A stretch of DNA of 64,000 bases, taken from the NCBI GenBank assembly GCA_000165425.1, contig CT868062.1, forward strand, positions 1 to 64,000, read 5' to 3'. A program made the position numbers and the translations under genes. Numbering within the stretch: the stretch's first letter is position 1; every line of letters begins with the position of its first letter. Shown one piece after another: positions 41,258 through 56,600 of this stretch. Source of the stretch: Paramecium tetraurelia. Lineage: Eukaryota. The notes below the pieces were generated by a model, which saw only the letters and a list, made by a program, of their open reading frames with translations, did not search any database and had not been told where the DNA came from.

Positions 41258-41735
41258 ATGATCAGAGGATTACGATTGTTGTAGATGAGGCCAATCTTTT
41301 GCTTTGCTGCAGACAAGACTCCTGCGACCACATAGGGCAAACAATAATAGGCAAAGCCAATTCAAGTCTATAAAGACGGATAATTGATAACAAAGAATTA
41401 TCTCTAATTGAAGAAGTCCTAGGATATCGAAGGGTATGTGCTCACTTTGGTGAAGAATTATTACAGAACAACAAACAAAGTAAGAAATGATAATAATGTT
41501 CAGTCGGCTTTAACTCTGGATTCTGAATTGGAATAGCATGGATTGGACAGTTTGGATTCGATTGAGTTGTCGATGCAAGTAAGGACATATTGAGTAAATT
41601 TAGATTGAGGAGGATTTGGGATATGTGATTTCAGCTGAAACTCTGCCCGTTTTGAATAAGCTTAGACACTACGTTAATTACATCAAATAAGTAGAGCAAT
41701 ATAAGGTGGAGAACAATGCTTCCCCATTGGCATGA
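41258..41735 (+). CDS. Mitochondrial acyl carrier protein (NDUFAB1/SDAP-like)
   Basis: Presequence-like MIRGLRLLQMRPIFCFA. Phosphopantetheine site LEQHGLDSLDSIELSMQIEEDLG. Two introns (24 and 25 nt). Confidence 0.92.
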
Positions 41736-41946
41736 TTAATATCATAATGCATATTCAGTATTAATAACAAAATATTAATTTTCGTTTGTTAATTTGCGTG
41801 TGTTTAGGGATGAAACAAATGATAGACTAAAAGTTCTGGTTTAAGAGACGCAATCGAAATTCTAGAAAATTAGTAATGGGTATGAGATTCATTTGCACGA
41901 ACATCAAAGATTTAAATTAATATTTATATTAAAAATAAAATCTTCC

Positions 41947-44900
41947 ATGCTCCTTATTATTTTGAGCTTATGGACAGCTATTGCAAACGTGGCCAAGAAT
42001 GGCTGCAGTAATCATCACTTATATGCTAGCATCAAAACTGGACAAAATATCAATATTTCCGACAACGAACGAGATTTTAACCTGGCAAATCAAATCTGAA
42101 TTTTTTGATGGAGCTGATTTGACCTACACTTTAAGTGACTCTCAATAGAAAGAATTTCAGATCATACATCCCTTCGAACAAACTGGAAGAGATTCCTCAC
42201 ATAAGAATGGTAATGAAATAATATTCCATATTAAAAGTTGCCTCAAATATTGTTGCAGCCAAAGCAGCTAGAATATCCTCAAGTGGATTTTGGCTCAATA
42301 TGTTCGCGTTCCTAGATTAATCTGAAGATGAAGTTTATTTAAATATTGCCGAAGGGTACAATAACAGTTCTATATACAATAGTTCAGATGTAAGGGCATC
42401 TCCTTATTTCAATTAACGCTATTTAGTTACCAAAAGAAACAACTCAGAAATAACCTGCTTCGATGTTGATTTTACAAACACCCAGCAATACATTGTGGAT
42501 TGCCAAAAGTAAGTAGTCCAAGACGATAAAATCATATTACAAAATATATTTTTTGTACTCTCCAAGGATGGAACCAAAAATCAAGTGTTCACTGAAAAAG
42601 CCATCTTTTAAACCTATAAATAGAGGTTCCTTGGACAGTACACTGTAACCAATGCTCTCGGAATCACACATCAATACCTCTTCAGAGTGACACCAGCCTA
42701 CGCTGTTAGTTTAGATTCCGAATTGGCCTCAGACTCTTTGGTTGAAGTCTACTTAATATCTGCTTCTGGTGAACCTCAGAACACCAACTTTGTATTAGAC
42801 AAGGCTGTCTTGGCAGATACTTTGGGAGTTCCCAAAATCGACTTTTCTTTGGTTGATTTCTCTGTCCAACCAAATGGAGATATCTATTTGTTAGATGCCT
42901 TCAACGGTCTGTACATAGTCAAATATTTGCCAAATGGAGAATGGGAAGTGCAGAACATTGTCTATCCAAGAACAGGACAGGCCTTCGCATTTAGTGTGAA
43001 CTCATTCATCAAGGAAGATGAGTCATTGGCCCATGTGATTGTAGTGCAGGGATATAATTATTTCATTCAAATTGAGAATATGGAATTCAAATACATTTAT
43101 GATTTGCCATTCATTCAATTGGAGTATCCTGCCTACATTAAACTCTCTTAGGAGAATGTCATCATTAGAAATGAACACACCCTCTACTTATACAACATAG
43201 ACACTGAGAATGTCCAATTAAACTCCAGGTACACTCTCAGTTAAAAGGACATCATCTTGTTGAATCCTTACTTACCTGATTTGGTGGTCATATCAAATTT
43301 ATTATCCAAAAGATACACCTTATCCATGGGCCATTTGAAATACATGGGCAGTACAGGGGCTAAAGCAGTGAAGGACATTATCTTAACAGCCTACGCTCCC
43401 AACGAGTAAAAATGCTCAATCACCATCTCCTATCAAATATTGAATGACAGAGACCCTCAGATCTATAAGTTGGCCAATAGTGCCCATCCATTCCCTAAGA
43501 CTCTGGTTGAAGGAGACACGCATCAATAATTGCAATCTCAAGCATCTGGACCAAATATATAATACAAATTAGGCAATAAAGAATTGGAAGACACTCAAAT
43601 TTAGGGAGTCATCAATAAGAGATGGGTATTGAAAAAGGATTCCATTGTTTGGCCTACCAATGTTGTCTATGCTGATGTGTTGGTGTTAGAAAAGTAGACC
43701 TAATTTTATTAGATCATCCAAACTGATGACTTGAAATTGCAAATATGGCTTTGTGATCACCCCTCAATATTTGAATAAGAATTCAATTGCTAAAAAATAG
43801 TATCTGGTATTGACTTGAAGGTTACTGTTAACAAATAAACTTTCACTTTATGGAGACACGATTTAAACAACATATACTTTATGTACAAAGACACTGACTT
43901 TAGTGTGATAATCAAATATTATTATGCAGGAGAATTGAAAGTCTTCAAGCAATTGACTTATGATAAAACAGACCCTATGAACAAAATCAAATCACTATTC
44001 TTCGCTGATAACTATTTCTTTATTATCAAAGCAGACGATACCATCTTAGCATACTCCACCTATGATCATGAAAATCATGTCTTGGCCATAGCTGATGCCA
44101 ATACTTTCAAGCCTTATGGCTACTCCTTAAATTGGAAACCCTAGAGATTATTTGGAAATAGAAAGCTTCATCCCAATCTCATTTTTGTTGTTAACCAAGA
44201 CAATATTGTTCTTGTCGATTTCCACTATAAATTCACTTTTCTCCAAGAATTCGCATTCAAGGCTGGCCTCGAAGCAGAATTGGCCATTGCTGAAGACACC
44301 TTCTTCATTGTCTATGGATAATCAACTCAAGGAGCTAGAGATGGCTTCATTGAGGAATATGATTTCTCAAGATTAAACAATATCTTCAAGATCAAGACCC
44401 TCCAATTGTATTGGTATTAAATCACCTCGCCTTTGACTGTCGACTAGAGTGAAGAGAATGGAAGACTATTCGTAAGAGCCTATTGTAAATACTCAAAAAA
44501 AGCACATATCTTGGTGTTCACTCCTGATACTCTGTAACATGACACTCTTTTTGACGCTTGGAGTATCTCAAATGAAAACATTCCAGATGACGATAAGATT
44601 GTGATGGCTGTCGATGGAGACTAATAGATGTTCTTGTACACCTATGTAGATGGGTAGACCACCTTAGTTTCAGAGATGAAGAATTCCGTCATGACTCTTA
44701 AGGTTAATTTGGATAATGCCATGTATAATTCAAATATGAATTTGAATCTGATCGTGTCTAATTATGATTATCCAGATGAACCCTTCAACACAGTCAAAAT
44801 ATAGGATTAAGTGCAACTCATCAACACTTAATCAATAATAGAAATAGATAATACTAAATTCGATCTCTTCAAATCTGGAGTGATATTAAATTCTAATAGT

Positions 44901-47900
44901 TAATAAAAGAATGTTGAATTGGGCACCCAATGGTTCTCTGGTCAATTGGTTGGCATTGATTTGGAATGCGAACAATGTGAAAACCACATTATTGTTCAAA
45001 ACATTTTGGAAACCAATAATCCAAAATTCTTCAATGGATTTGAAATCAGAGAAGTGATTAAATATAATGATGATGCTAATATCTTTGTAGCCACGAAAGG
45101 ATTGATATTTACACATCCCGATAACACCTTGATGGCCACTTATCATTTCGATTTACCATCTCCAACTTATCGATGTTATCAAGCTTAAGTATCATCAGAT
45201 AAACTCCTCATTTACACTCTTTGCGAAGATAAAGGATAGTATTCCATTTATGTCACCGGATGTCTTTCTGTCACTGGATGTTCTCCATTAGGCGAGAAGT
45301 TTAAGATTGAACAGGCTTCAAAAATACAATTAATAGACAATGACATAATGGTTGTTTTACACACTGATAATTTCTAATACAGTGACGTTGATGGTCGTAT
45401 TGTTATCTATTAATTGAAGAAGGGATTAAAAACTTGGAATTTGGAAGTCTTGGATGTGATTGCAACTTAAACTTTGAATTCATAATTGGAATCACCCTTA
45501 GAATACTTTAGACCAAGTGATTTCACAGTCATTAAATAATACTAAAATTAAGATCAAACACTATATAAGATTATCATCAGCAATTCAAAGAATGGACTTG
45601 TATTCTATGATTTTACATTGACTAATATGAGATATCAATTCTAGTCAGTTGAATCAGTAGATTTATATAACTATTTAAATTATGAAGTCAATTAATATGC
45701 ATTTTCAAACACTCACTTCTTACAAGTTAGATTAACCGAACATCCAACATATGATAAAGATCAATAATAAATTCAACTTTAATTGTTGATCTAAACAAGC
45801 AATGCTGCTCATTATGGAATTTCCTTTACCTTCAAAAAGTAAGATAAGTCAGCATCCACCAAAATCAATTCAAAACAATTAGATTTTGTATTGAACAGAT
45901 ACTCCAATTGGCCTTCAATTAATAAAATTGCTACAAATGGTAACTACATTGCTATCCCCTATTTCAATGATAATGCACTACTTGTAGGACTATATAAAAA
46001 GTCTGCTTCCATTCCCACAACAATTATTAGTGGAACATACTTGTAATATATATAGGGATAACACATATCACCCTTGAATATGGCATTGTTCTTCGATCTC
46101 TCAAACGAGAAGTCACTGTATGCAAGTGAATTATCAGGCCCACTGAAAAGTTATGCATTATTAGATTCTCCAATCATTACTTTCAATAATCAAAATGGAG
46201 ATTTGAAAAATTAAACAGTTACAGTCTTCTTGCAAAATGATTTCAATATAGAAAAGACATAATTCAAATTAGAAGTCCGACCAATAGATTTAAATGAATG
46301 CAGAACCAAAATAACCAACATTTAGATTTACCCTTCCACTACCGAAGTCATGTCATGGCAATTATCAAATGGAATATTTGAGGGAGTTGGTTTGAAATAT
46401 ACCATCGAAGATAATTAAGACTTCACAATCATCCAGCCCATTACATAAATTAGTTCATCATAACACTGTACACAAGGTAAATCTTATAGTCTATATATAA
46501 TTAGTAATTGGATAGGTATCATCAATCAAGGCCTAATGGTTGCTGAGAGAATGGAATGGCCACTTTGCATTCTTGGACTACAGTACTGCTACAAATGGTT
46601 TGTATTACACCAAAGTTGCCGCTATGTAGAATCAAGCTCCTAGTTTCTCTGAAATAGTTTATGTAGATCCTGAAGCACCTACAATAAAATGTTTTGATTT
46701 CGACTATCTCAATTCTGAATCAGCAGATAATTTTATCATCGATTGTCAACTTGATCAACAACAAATCATCTACATAATCAAGGGGAAGACAATAAATTCT
46801 ATTTCCAAAATCAAATCATAATTCACAACTAATAAATTGAGATGGTTCAACAGATTGCCTTATGATGATGCCTCCTATTATTTGAGAGTGACTCCAGCCT
46901 TTTCGATTACAGAAGACGGCTCTGTTGGCAAAGTTTCATAAGTTGAACTCTTCCATTATGATGGCCAAGAAATAACCTTACATTCTACAATCGATAATGC
47001 TAAGTTCGCTCAATTGCTCAAAAAAGACAAGATAGATTTCATGTTGGTAGACTACAAGGTGTATAATGATGGCACTCTCTATCTTTTAGACCAGAAACTA
47101 GGAATTATCAAATTGTAATACAATCACAAAGATAAAGATTGGAAGCTTTTGGATCAAATTAATTTCACCTTATAACAATATGTAGCCTTTGACATAGATG
47201 ATTATGTGAATGAGAAAGGATAGTCTGTCTAGCATATCGTAGTATTGAGTTACAACTACTTTTTCGTTTTGGAAAACAAAGTCATAGTTAAAGTCATAGA
47301 TTTAGGTTATTTTGCTACAACCTATCCATAATAGATACAAATAAGTTAAAGAAACATCTTTATTCAACATGATAATGCTGTCTTTGTTTATGGATTCAAT
47401 GATGAATCAATTACCTTGTTAGATAAACAAGCAATCGTAGGAGGATACTCTGTTGATAAGATCAAAGATGAGTTTATAGCTATAGGTTAGAAGGAATCCA
47501 ACTTATACTTCTTCAGTTAAGGTGCTTTGAAGTATGAATTCAAATCCGGACAGATCAAGGATGGAGAAGTCAAAATAGTTGCTAAATCATTAAATAACTA
47601 GCAATGCCAATCAAATATCAAATACTCGATCATCAAGAGTGACGATTCCAAGATCTACAAGATAACTGAATCTGATGCACCCTTCCCACCTGCTGCAGAT
47701 GAAAACACAGTTATCGATCTCGGAGAGTTAACTTCAGGACCAAATTAAAAATATGAGGCTGTATACGAAACGACCGAAAATAATTGTTTTATGACAGAAT
47801 TAGAAGCATAAGAACAAATTCGAATTGTACAAAATACAAAATTTGAAGCTTAAGGCCAACCCTCAAATATATTATTCTAAACCTCCATTTTCCAACCTAA

Positions 47901-50551
47901 ATAATCAACTATCTTCAAAATATTCTAATTGAAAGATAAGAGTTTAGCTCTGTATTAGTCCGACCCCAAACTTGAAAATAATATTTACAAATTCACCTAA
48001 GTTGGAACTATAAAAGATATTACAGTTGAACTGAATGATTAGACTTTCTCTATTTGGTAGGTTGGAGATGTAATTGTAAGATTTGCGACTGCTATCAATG
48101 AATATAAAATCAATCTATATAGTTTTAACTTTTTTATGATAGAATTACTTAAAACAATATCATTCGAAGAAAAGGAGGGTTAATAAATAGTAAGTATCTT
48201 AAATTAAGGAGAATACTTATTTATTTTATAAAAGAACGGAGTGCTACATAGTTATTAAATATCAAAATTCAGCTTTGTTAATAAGGTAACTGGAAATGAT
48301 TTGATTGGATATGGTGGATAATGGATGCCAATTAAATTGTATGGTAATAGAGTGTTAAAATCAAATATTGTATTTGTTTAAAATGAAAACAATATTGTAC
48401 TAATTAATTACTTTAATACAGAATTCATTTTCGTTAAACAAATGGATTATACTAAGGGTGATGAGATATATATTTCATCTGCTAAGGATTCATTCTTTTT
48501 AGTTAAAAATAAGGAAATAATAGAATATAACTATTAAAATTTATTGAACATTTTCAAATCAAAGACAGTTGAATTATTTGGATACACTATAGTAAATCCA
48601 TTAACTGTTAAATTTTAATTATCAACTGGTAATCTGATCATTAAAACATCTAAAGCATAGGATTTCTATTTAAATATATTTAGACCATCTACTACTTAAC
48701 ATGACACATTCTACTTAGCAATCTCAGTATTAACACTTAAAGATGATCCTCAATTTACCATATCAGTTGCAGAAGATGATGCAATACTGCTTAGTATCAA
48801 TCATTCTCTCCTACAAGCAATTCACAAGATTGAAAAATCTCCTCTCTTAGTTTTTAATCCAAAATTTGATGAGAAAACTTACTTTTATAATGCAAAGGTG
48901 TCTGTAATTGTGAAGAGCCAGGATGACTAGAATAATTAAGTTACATTTAAATAGAATGTAAGACTTGTAAATACATTTTCATCTTTGAGTGTCAAAAATG
49001 CAAATTATACCATTTCGACCAATTCAACCAAATCTGTTGAATTCCCAGTTGAGGCAGTTTATGGACAAAACATTTTAACAACCCTTAAGACCTTCTATGT
49101 GACAGAGGGCAACGTTTACTTGAAGGCTTTGGTCTAATAACTTCCGCGAAAGAAGATCGTTGACTATAAAATAAATTATGGTTATTCCAAGGACAAAGAT
49201 ACTTTCTATTTACAAGCCAAGAATACTTTATTAATTGGTACCAATTTAGGTGAAGATTTCTCCTATAGACCAGCAGAATATACACTATCTGATCAATACA
49301 ATTGCTTTAGAACAGACAATTACAAAGATATGTTTTATTCCATTTGTAATAATGGAGTTGAGAATTAATTGGTGTTGACTAAATGCGTAAACAAGAAATG
49401 TCAGTTGGTTAATTCATACCTTGCAATTCCTAATGGATATTAAGTTATAGCCCCTTATGAGGATTACATTATCGTGTTGTTTTACAACCCCTTAAGTCCG
49501 CAAGATTAGGATGGAGAGTACAAGATGTATAGGATAATTCAGAATGATGCATTCTATGTCTAAAAAGAGGTGATGTCAATGAATTTGGAGTTCATCAAAA
49601 CCAATTTAAATAAGGATGCAGTAACTTTCAGGCCATCTGGTATGACAGGAGTTGGAGTTGAAATAAGTAAAGAAACTTACGTATATTTGTCAATGGTAAC
49701 TGACTGCTTTGATGAATTGAGGTACAATAGTTTCTTGTTCGAAAACAAAGATATTCAGCCTACTAGATTTGGGTCAATTTCACTAAAAAAATTGTTGAGT
49801 AAACAAATCATAGATCAGACTCTCTTCTTATCCACTTAGGTGAAGTCTTCCTTGTTTGAGAAAGATGTGTTAACAGTTGATTTAGTGATTTTGACTTCAG
49901 ATTCTGGAACATTCTGGATTGTGGTGAAATTTAAATACAACAAGGACGAAAAGAGATTTGAACATCAGCAATCAGATATAAAGAGTACATTTGTTAAGTA
50001 CGGGGATTGGAAAGTACTCAATTATTTGGCAGTTGATTCTTCATCAATTGGAGTTGCTTATTATAAAGACAATTAAGTGACTGTGGGCATTTATCAGATC
50101 CTTAAAGAAAGTCCTTACTTTTTGACAACTGGAGGTAATCAATTTGTGGTCACCAATTAACAAGATTTGAGTCCATTAAACTTCTTAATGTTCATATAAG
50201 TATATATTTTATATCTATTTAAAGACAAACTAATTGTACAACAGCAACCCGAATGAAAAAGGATTAACTAAATTCATGTTGAATACAAATAGTTCAATTG
50301 TGATAACTGAGCCTTAAAAAGTGGAAAGTTAAAATTTGACTTTGACCTTCAAGAATGATTTCTCAGAGGCAGTGTAAAAGATTGCTCTATAAATTATACC
50401 AATTGATGATGACGACGACTCTAGCAAAGGACTGGGGGCAGTTTGGATAGTGTTGATTGTGCTTAGTAGTTTGGTCGTTCTGGTTTTAATGGGTTATGGT
50501 TACTATAAGTCATAAGACCCAAATAAAGAGGAGGATGCTCAATTAGTATGA
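41947..50551 (+). CDS. Giant type-I membrane protein A (~2,820 aa): signal peptide, two ~1,400-aa units, one TM helix, ~15-aa tail
   Basis: Starts MLLIILSLWTAIA. Five introns (22, 28, 27, 28, 25 nt) give an 8475-nt frame consistent with track ORFs 42687, 43881, 44919, 49570 and 49840. TM helix AVWIVLIVLSSLVVLVLMGYGYY. Ends EEDAQLV*. Confidence 0.88.
48151..48690 (+). repeat. ~540-bp high-identity direct repeat, second copy at ~56837-57376 in the neighbouring gene
   Basis: Both copies begin aaaacaatatcattcgaagaaaaggagggttaataaatagtaagtatcttaaattaaggagaatacttattt and stay highly similar through tatatttagaccatc. Confidence 0.9.
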
Positions 50552-50627
50552 AATATTAAAATAAAAACAATAAAATATTGTAATTTAAAATGCCTAATCT
50601 ATATCCATGTAATAAATAATTTAATTA

Positions 50628-53600
50628 ATGAATTAAAAGATTACATCATCTTTGATAGTATTCTTAATTTGTCTTTCAATTGTGAATGCCAAGTCAACGG
50701 GGTGCTGTAATAATACATCTTATTATCTTTAGCTTCAAAAGTGGAGCAGTTGCAACTATTTCCCACGAAAGGTGAAAAATTGCGAATCAATCTACATGAT
50801 AATCTATTTGAGGGAGAGGATCTCACATATGAGTTGCAAGACACATATTTTAAATTAATTAATCCTGTACAAAATACCGGAGGCAGCTCAACTCATTATA
50901 AACGTATATTGACATGTTAATTATCTAGCTGCATCGAACATCAGGGCAGCAAAGCCATATCACACAAAAAAAATGCAATCTTGGTTGAATTCATTTGTAT
51001 TCTTGGACCAAAACGCACTGGAAGTGTCCATTTAATATTCAGAGGGGTAATTGTTAATGTAGAATTTAGAACTGCCTTGGACAAAATTCCAACTCCAGGT
51101 TTCGGGACCAAAGTAGTTATTGCAAATGTGGTCGATAATCTAGAGTGTTATGACGTAGAATACATTGATAACGATAAATTTATAGTGGATTGTCAAAAGG
51201 AAGTCACAGAGAAGTTAATCAAAAAATAAATTGATGTGTTCTATATTTACTCAAAACAATCATAAAAAGTGACATCGTTTGAAGATGAAGCATCAGTCAA
51301 AATCTACAATTAAAGACGTATAGGGTTATATTACTCAACCAGTGCATTAGGAAAGGAAACTACTTACATTGTGAGAGTTACACCAACCTATTCGTTGGAC
51401 CCAAATGAATAACTCTCTGGAAATTCAATCGTATAAGTTTACACATTGAGTGACAACTACTAACCCTTGCCTCGTCCATATATTCTAGACAATGTGACTA
51501 TGGCATTTCTATTAGGCAAAACTGATGTAGAACTTTCAATTGTGGATTTCGAAATGACATACAATGGATACATTTTCCTATTGGATGCCCAATACGGTCT
51601 CTTTGTGGTCAAATTCTAACCAACTGGAAAGTGGGAATTATTTGCACAAGCCGACTTTTAATTAGGCAGATCCTTTGCTTTCGATATCGATTATGAACAC
51701 AAAAAAGATGGCTCAGAACTTGGCGTAGTTGCAGTTCTTGGATACAACTTCTTCGCTATTTTGGATACAGAAAAATCTTATGTTCACAACCTTCCATTTA
51801 TGTAGTTGGATTACCCAGCCACTATTAAAATATCATAAGACAATATCATAGTAAGAAGTGACAAGTAGGTTTATTTCTATAAACTTGATGTGGATACTGA
51901 CACCATCTACCTAAACTATAAGGTGGACATTCCTTCCACTGATGTCTTATTGGTGAATCCATAAGAACCAGATCTGATCCAAATTAGTACTTAAAGTTCA
52001 AACAGATACACTATTTCCAATGGTTATTTAGCATACAACGGAAGTGATAAGGTCTAAGACAAGAAGGTGGTTGCTATCAAGGCCAAAGCTCCAAATAAAT
52101 AAGAATGCTAAGTCTTCCTTTCATATCAAATTATTGAAGATAATGAAAATTGGATTTATCAATTGTTTGATAAACCTGTGCCTTTCCCAAATGTGATTGC
52201 TGATGGGGAAACTGATTAAGTTTTGAAAAAATTAGCATCTGGACCAAATCTCTAATATAGATTAGTTAAACCAACTTAATTGGAAGCCACAAATATCAAA
52301 GCCACCATTAGATCAAGAGTTGAATTAAGTCTAAATCAAGAGCTACCCAAAAATGTAATTTATGCAGAGATTGTATCAACAGAAGACGATACTCAATTCT
52401 ATTAAGTTTTGTAGACTCAGGATTTGAAGGTTCAAATCTTAAATTGTGTTCACAATTCTATTTATGTTGAAGATGCATTTTGTGAACTCTTAGTAGCAGA
52501 TATAGGAATCTCAAGCAAAGTCAGTAAACAGAACTTCTCCATTTGGAACAGACAGGGCATAATATATTTCATGTACATCAGTGAGTAATACAATGTTGTG
52601 ATTCGAGCAATTCATAATGGTGCAATAACTCCAGTGAAGACTATATCATTGGATTCTACAGACACAGCAAACAAGATTTAAAGTATTTTAAATTGTGGAG
52701 ATTATCTTTTGGTTCATAAGGCCAATAATGAAATCGTAACATTCTTAATTTACAGACCAGAACTATTCGCACTCACAACTTTAAACAAGAATTCCTTCTC
52801 ACAATATGGTTACAATGAAGAATGGGAACCAAAAGCACTCTTCACAAATAAAAAGTTGCATCCAAATATTCTGTTCATCTTACACAAAAATCATATCTTG
52901 ATGTTGGATACAGATTATGGAATGTTTTCATTCATTAAAACCATTCCAATTACTCCAAATCTAGATTATTCAATTGCTATTGGATAAAGTACATTCTTTG
53001 TTGTCCAAGGAAAATCAGCTCAAGATGTCTATGATGCTTAAATCTATGAATACAACTTTGCAGAAATCAATCATGTCTATTTGTAGAAGAAATTGTACTT
53101 GTATTGGTATGACATATCTACTCCATTGAACGTTGATTTCAGCGAGGAAACTGGTAATTTGTTTGTCAGAGGAGTCTGTCTATATTGCAGTAAATCCTTT
53201 ATCTTGGTATTCAAACCCAACACTCCTCAACACGAGGCCTTGGTCTAAGCTTGGGATATTGCTGATGTCGTTATTCCAGAGACAAAATCCATCTTGATTG
53301 CTGCTAATGGATTCAAATAAAACTATTTATACTTGAATGTTGAAGGTGAACAATCAATCTTTGCAGTTTACGATCAAACCACAATGACTGTTGAATCATT
53401 CATCGATTCGACTATTTATTAGGATACATATTCATTGAATTTCTAGATCAGAAACTACAATTTCCAAGGTAAACCTGAAAAGTTTAACACTGTCGATATC
53501 ACTTAAGATGTTACCACCATTAGTACTTTAACCTAAATCAATTTGGATGAAAATGCCTTCCCTTATTCAAAATCAGGAATACAGATCTTTTCAACTGATG

Positions 53601-56600
53601 ATTAGGCTACTTTTGATTTGGGTCAAGGTTGGTACTCTGGTTAAATTGGAGATTTCGAAATTGATTGCGATCAGTGCGAAACCAATGTTGAATTGTAAAG
53701 CACTGTTGATTTACTCAATCCAAAGATCTTTAATGGTTATGAGATTAGAGATCATGTCAAATACAATGATAAGTTTAATATCATGTAAGCCACAACTGGA
53801 TTGATATTTGTTAATCCTGACAACTCATTGGCCTCAGTCTATGATTTCGATCTCCCCAATTTCGAATATCAATGCTATTAAGCCACTGTTTCTGAAGACA
53901 AAATGGTTGTTTACTCATTGTGTAATGATGGAACTGAATTCACTGTTTATGCCACCGGATGCTTTTCCATCACTGGCTGCTCTCCATTGGGTGAAAAATT
54001 CAAACTCGGAGTAGCTTCAAAAATTCAAGTAGTATCCAATGAACTCTTGGTTGTTTTGCACACTGATGCCGATCATCCAGAACTTATTTAGGATGGCAAA
54101 ATCGTTCTATATAGAATTGCTATGGGATTAGACAACTGGAAACTTGAAGTCATTGAAATCATCGATTTGAATTATCTTAATTCTGTATTGGCAACTCCAT
54201 TGGAGGATTTCAAACCAGCTGATTTCTAAGTGGTTAAACAAAAATCCATATCAAATGGCAAATATTCTTATAAATTGTTCATCAGTGATGCAACTAGTGG
54301 TTTCATTTTTATGGATTTCTCATTTTCGGAATTACCTGAATATTAGTTCTTGTCCATTGAATCCCTCAACCTCCACGAATATTTAAATAGGCAAGTCGGT
54401 CAATACACACTCCCAACAACTAAATTCTTATCATTCCAATTCGTTTGGGATCCGATCTACGAATGGAGTTCAGACGAATTGAGAGTCTACCCTCTGATTT
54501 TGACATCTGATGTCTCATAATACGGGTTCAAGTTTGTCTTCTCTGCTCAACCTACCTCCAATACCTTACTCAACATTAAAGCCTTATCTGCTGTCATAGT
54601 CAAATATGGAGACTGGACTCCAATGAATAAACTAGCCATCCAAAATCAGAACTTACAATTAGCCATTCCATATTATTAAAAAGATTAAATTGTTGTAGCC
54701 GTCTATAATATAGATATAATTATAGAAAATCCATTCGCTACAGTTGTTCCCACAATTAGTGTTGGCACCTATGAAGTATACTATTCAGAAGGTCAGTGGT
54801 TAAGCCCATTAAATCTAGCTGTGTTCTTTTCCAAAAAGGGTTCAATTCTTTTTGTATCCCAATTGTAAGGACCCCTTTAAAGTTACGGAATCTATAAATC
54901 ACCAATTTTAACATTGAAAAACCAAGACAGAGACTTAAAGAGCTAAGATATTACACTTTTTGTGAAGAATAACTTTTATGAAAACTATTTAACATTCAAA
55001 TTGTATGTGCAAGAAGTTGATAATCATGAATGTACTGCAAAAATCACAAATCTCCAAATTTACCCATCTACAGGCGAAGTTTTAACATGGAATTTGTCAT
55101 AAAATATTTTCGATGGTGTTTCTTTGAAATATCATTAAGAAGACACTGATGATTTCACAATCATACAACCAACTACATAGATTGGATAATCGATAGATCA
55201 TAAATAAGGTAATGATATATTGTTATATAATTAGTTGCAACATAAATTGTATCTGCAAAGGCACTGTTGACTTAGAATGGGGCCTGGTCCAATCAATTTG
55301 GATTCTTAAACAAGATTGGATCCAAGTATTAAATCCTCTATTCAGACACGTAATTTTTATTTCTAAAATAGTCCTGCAATAAATGCTGCTCCATCATTTA
55401 ACCAAGTTCTTAATGTTAAGAAGATCGATGCAAATCTTAATTGCTTAGACTTCGTACAATTGTCCGTTACTAGTTTTGTTATCGATTGCTAAATCCAAAA
55501 TAATAAATTCCTAATATTGATCAAGGATACCGATGAAACCTAAACAACCCCAATTGCAAACACTTAATTAAATAGAGCTTTAGGTACATACAAGATTAAC
55601 GATTTACAATTTGTCGTAAGAGTTACATTATCTATCACAAATGATGGACAATTAGCCAATGATTCATTTGTCGAACTATTCTAATATGCCAGTGGTTAAT
55701 TACAAGCCAAGTAAACCTTAGACAAATCTAAATTATCTACTATCTATGGAAAATAAATTGATGAATTGAATATCGTTGATTTCAAGATTGGATTAAATGG
55801 ATCGATTTATTTGTTAGATGCCAAGCTGGGAATCTTTGTTGTTAACTATGATATAGATTGGAAGTTCCAAAAATTGATCACATTTAGATTTGGTCAAACC
55901 TTTGCATTCGACAGAACCATACTCGAAAATAAAGAGGAAGCATTTGTAGTTTAAGGATATAATTACTACATAGTAATTGATTCTAATGGACAAACCAAAA
56001 AGGTGTAAGATTTGTAATTCAATACCATCACCTACCCCTAATCCATATCAGCAAGTGCCAACTTCGTTTTTGTCAAGCATTAATCATCTTTATATGTCTA
56101 TCACTCTGATGACTCTAACACTGGCTTGATCGATTTAATTGAATCACCCAATCTTACTGCTATTGTTAATCCATTTATTCAAGAAATCGTAACACTTTCT
56201 CTTCAATCCTCTGCCAGATGGAACATAAGCTTAGGATCACTGAAATTCAATGGAGTTAATCAAGCATCTTAAGGATTCAAAGACTTAACCATAATAGCCA
56301 CCTCATAACATAAATTGACATGTTCCACCAGGATCTAATATCAAGTGATTGAAAGTAGCAGTAAAGCTCCAATCAAGAAAAATAAGTCGGATCAACCATT
56401 CCCATAAGTTTTCGATGATATCTTTGAATAGTTCTAATTGGGTAATCTAATTTCGGGTCCAAATCTTGAATACAGCTTATCATTACCAAAAACGCCACTT
56501 GATTTCAGTGCTTAAGTTGTCTAAAACAGAGAAATATAAGTTTCAAATTGGCCCAAGACACCTTTATATAGTACTGAATTGGTTGGAAATGATAGAGAAA

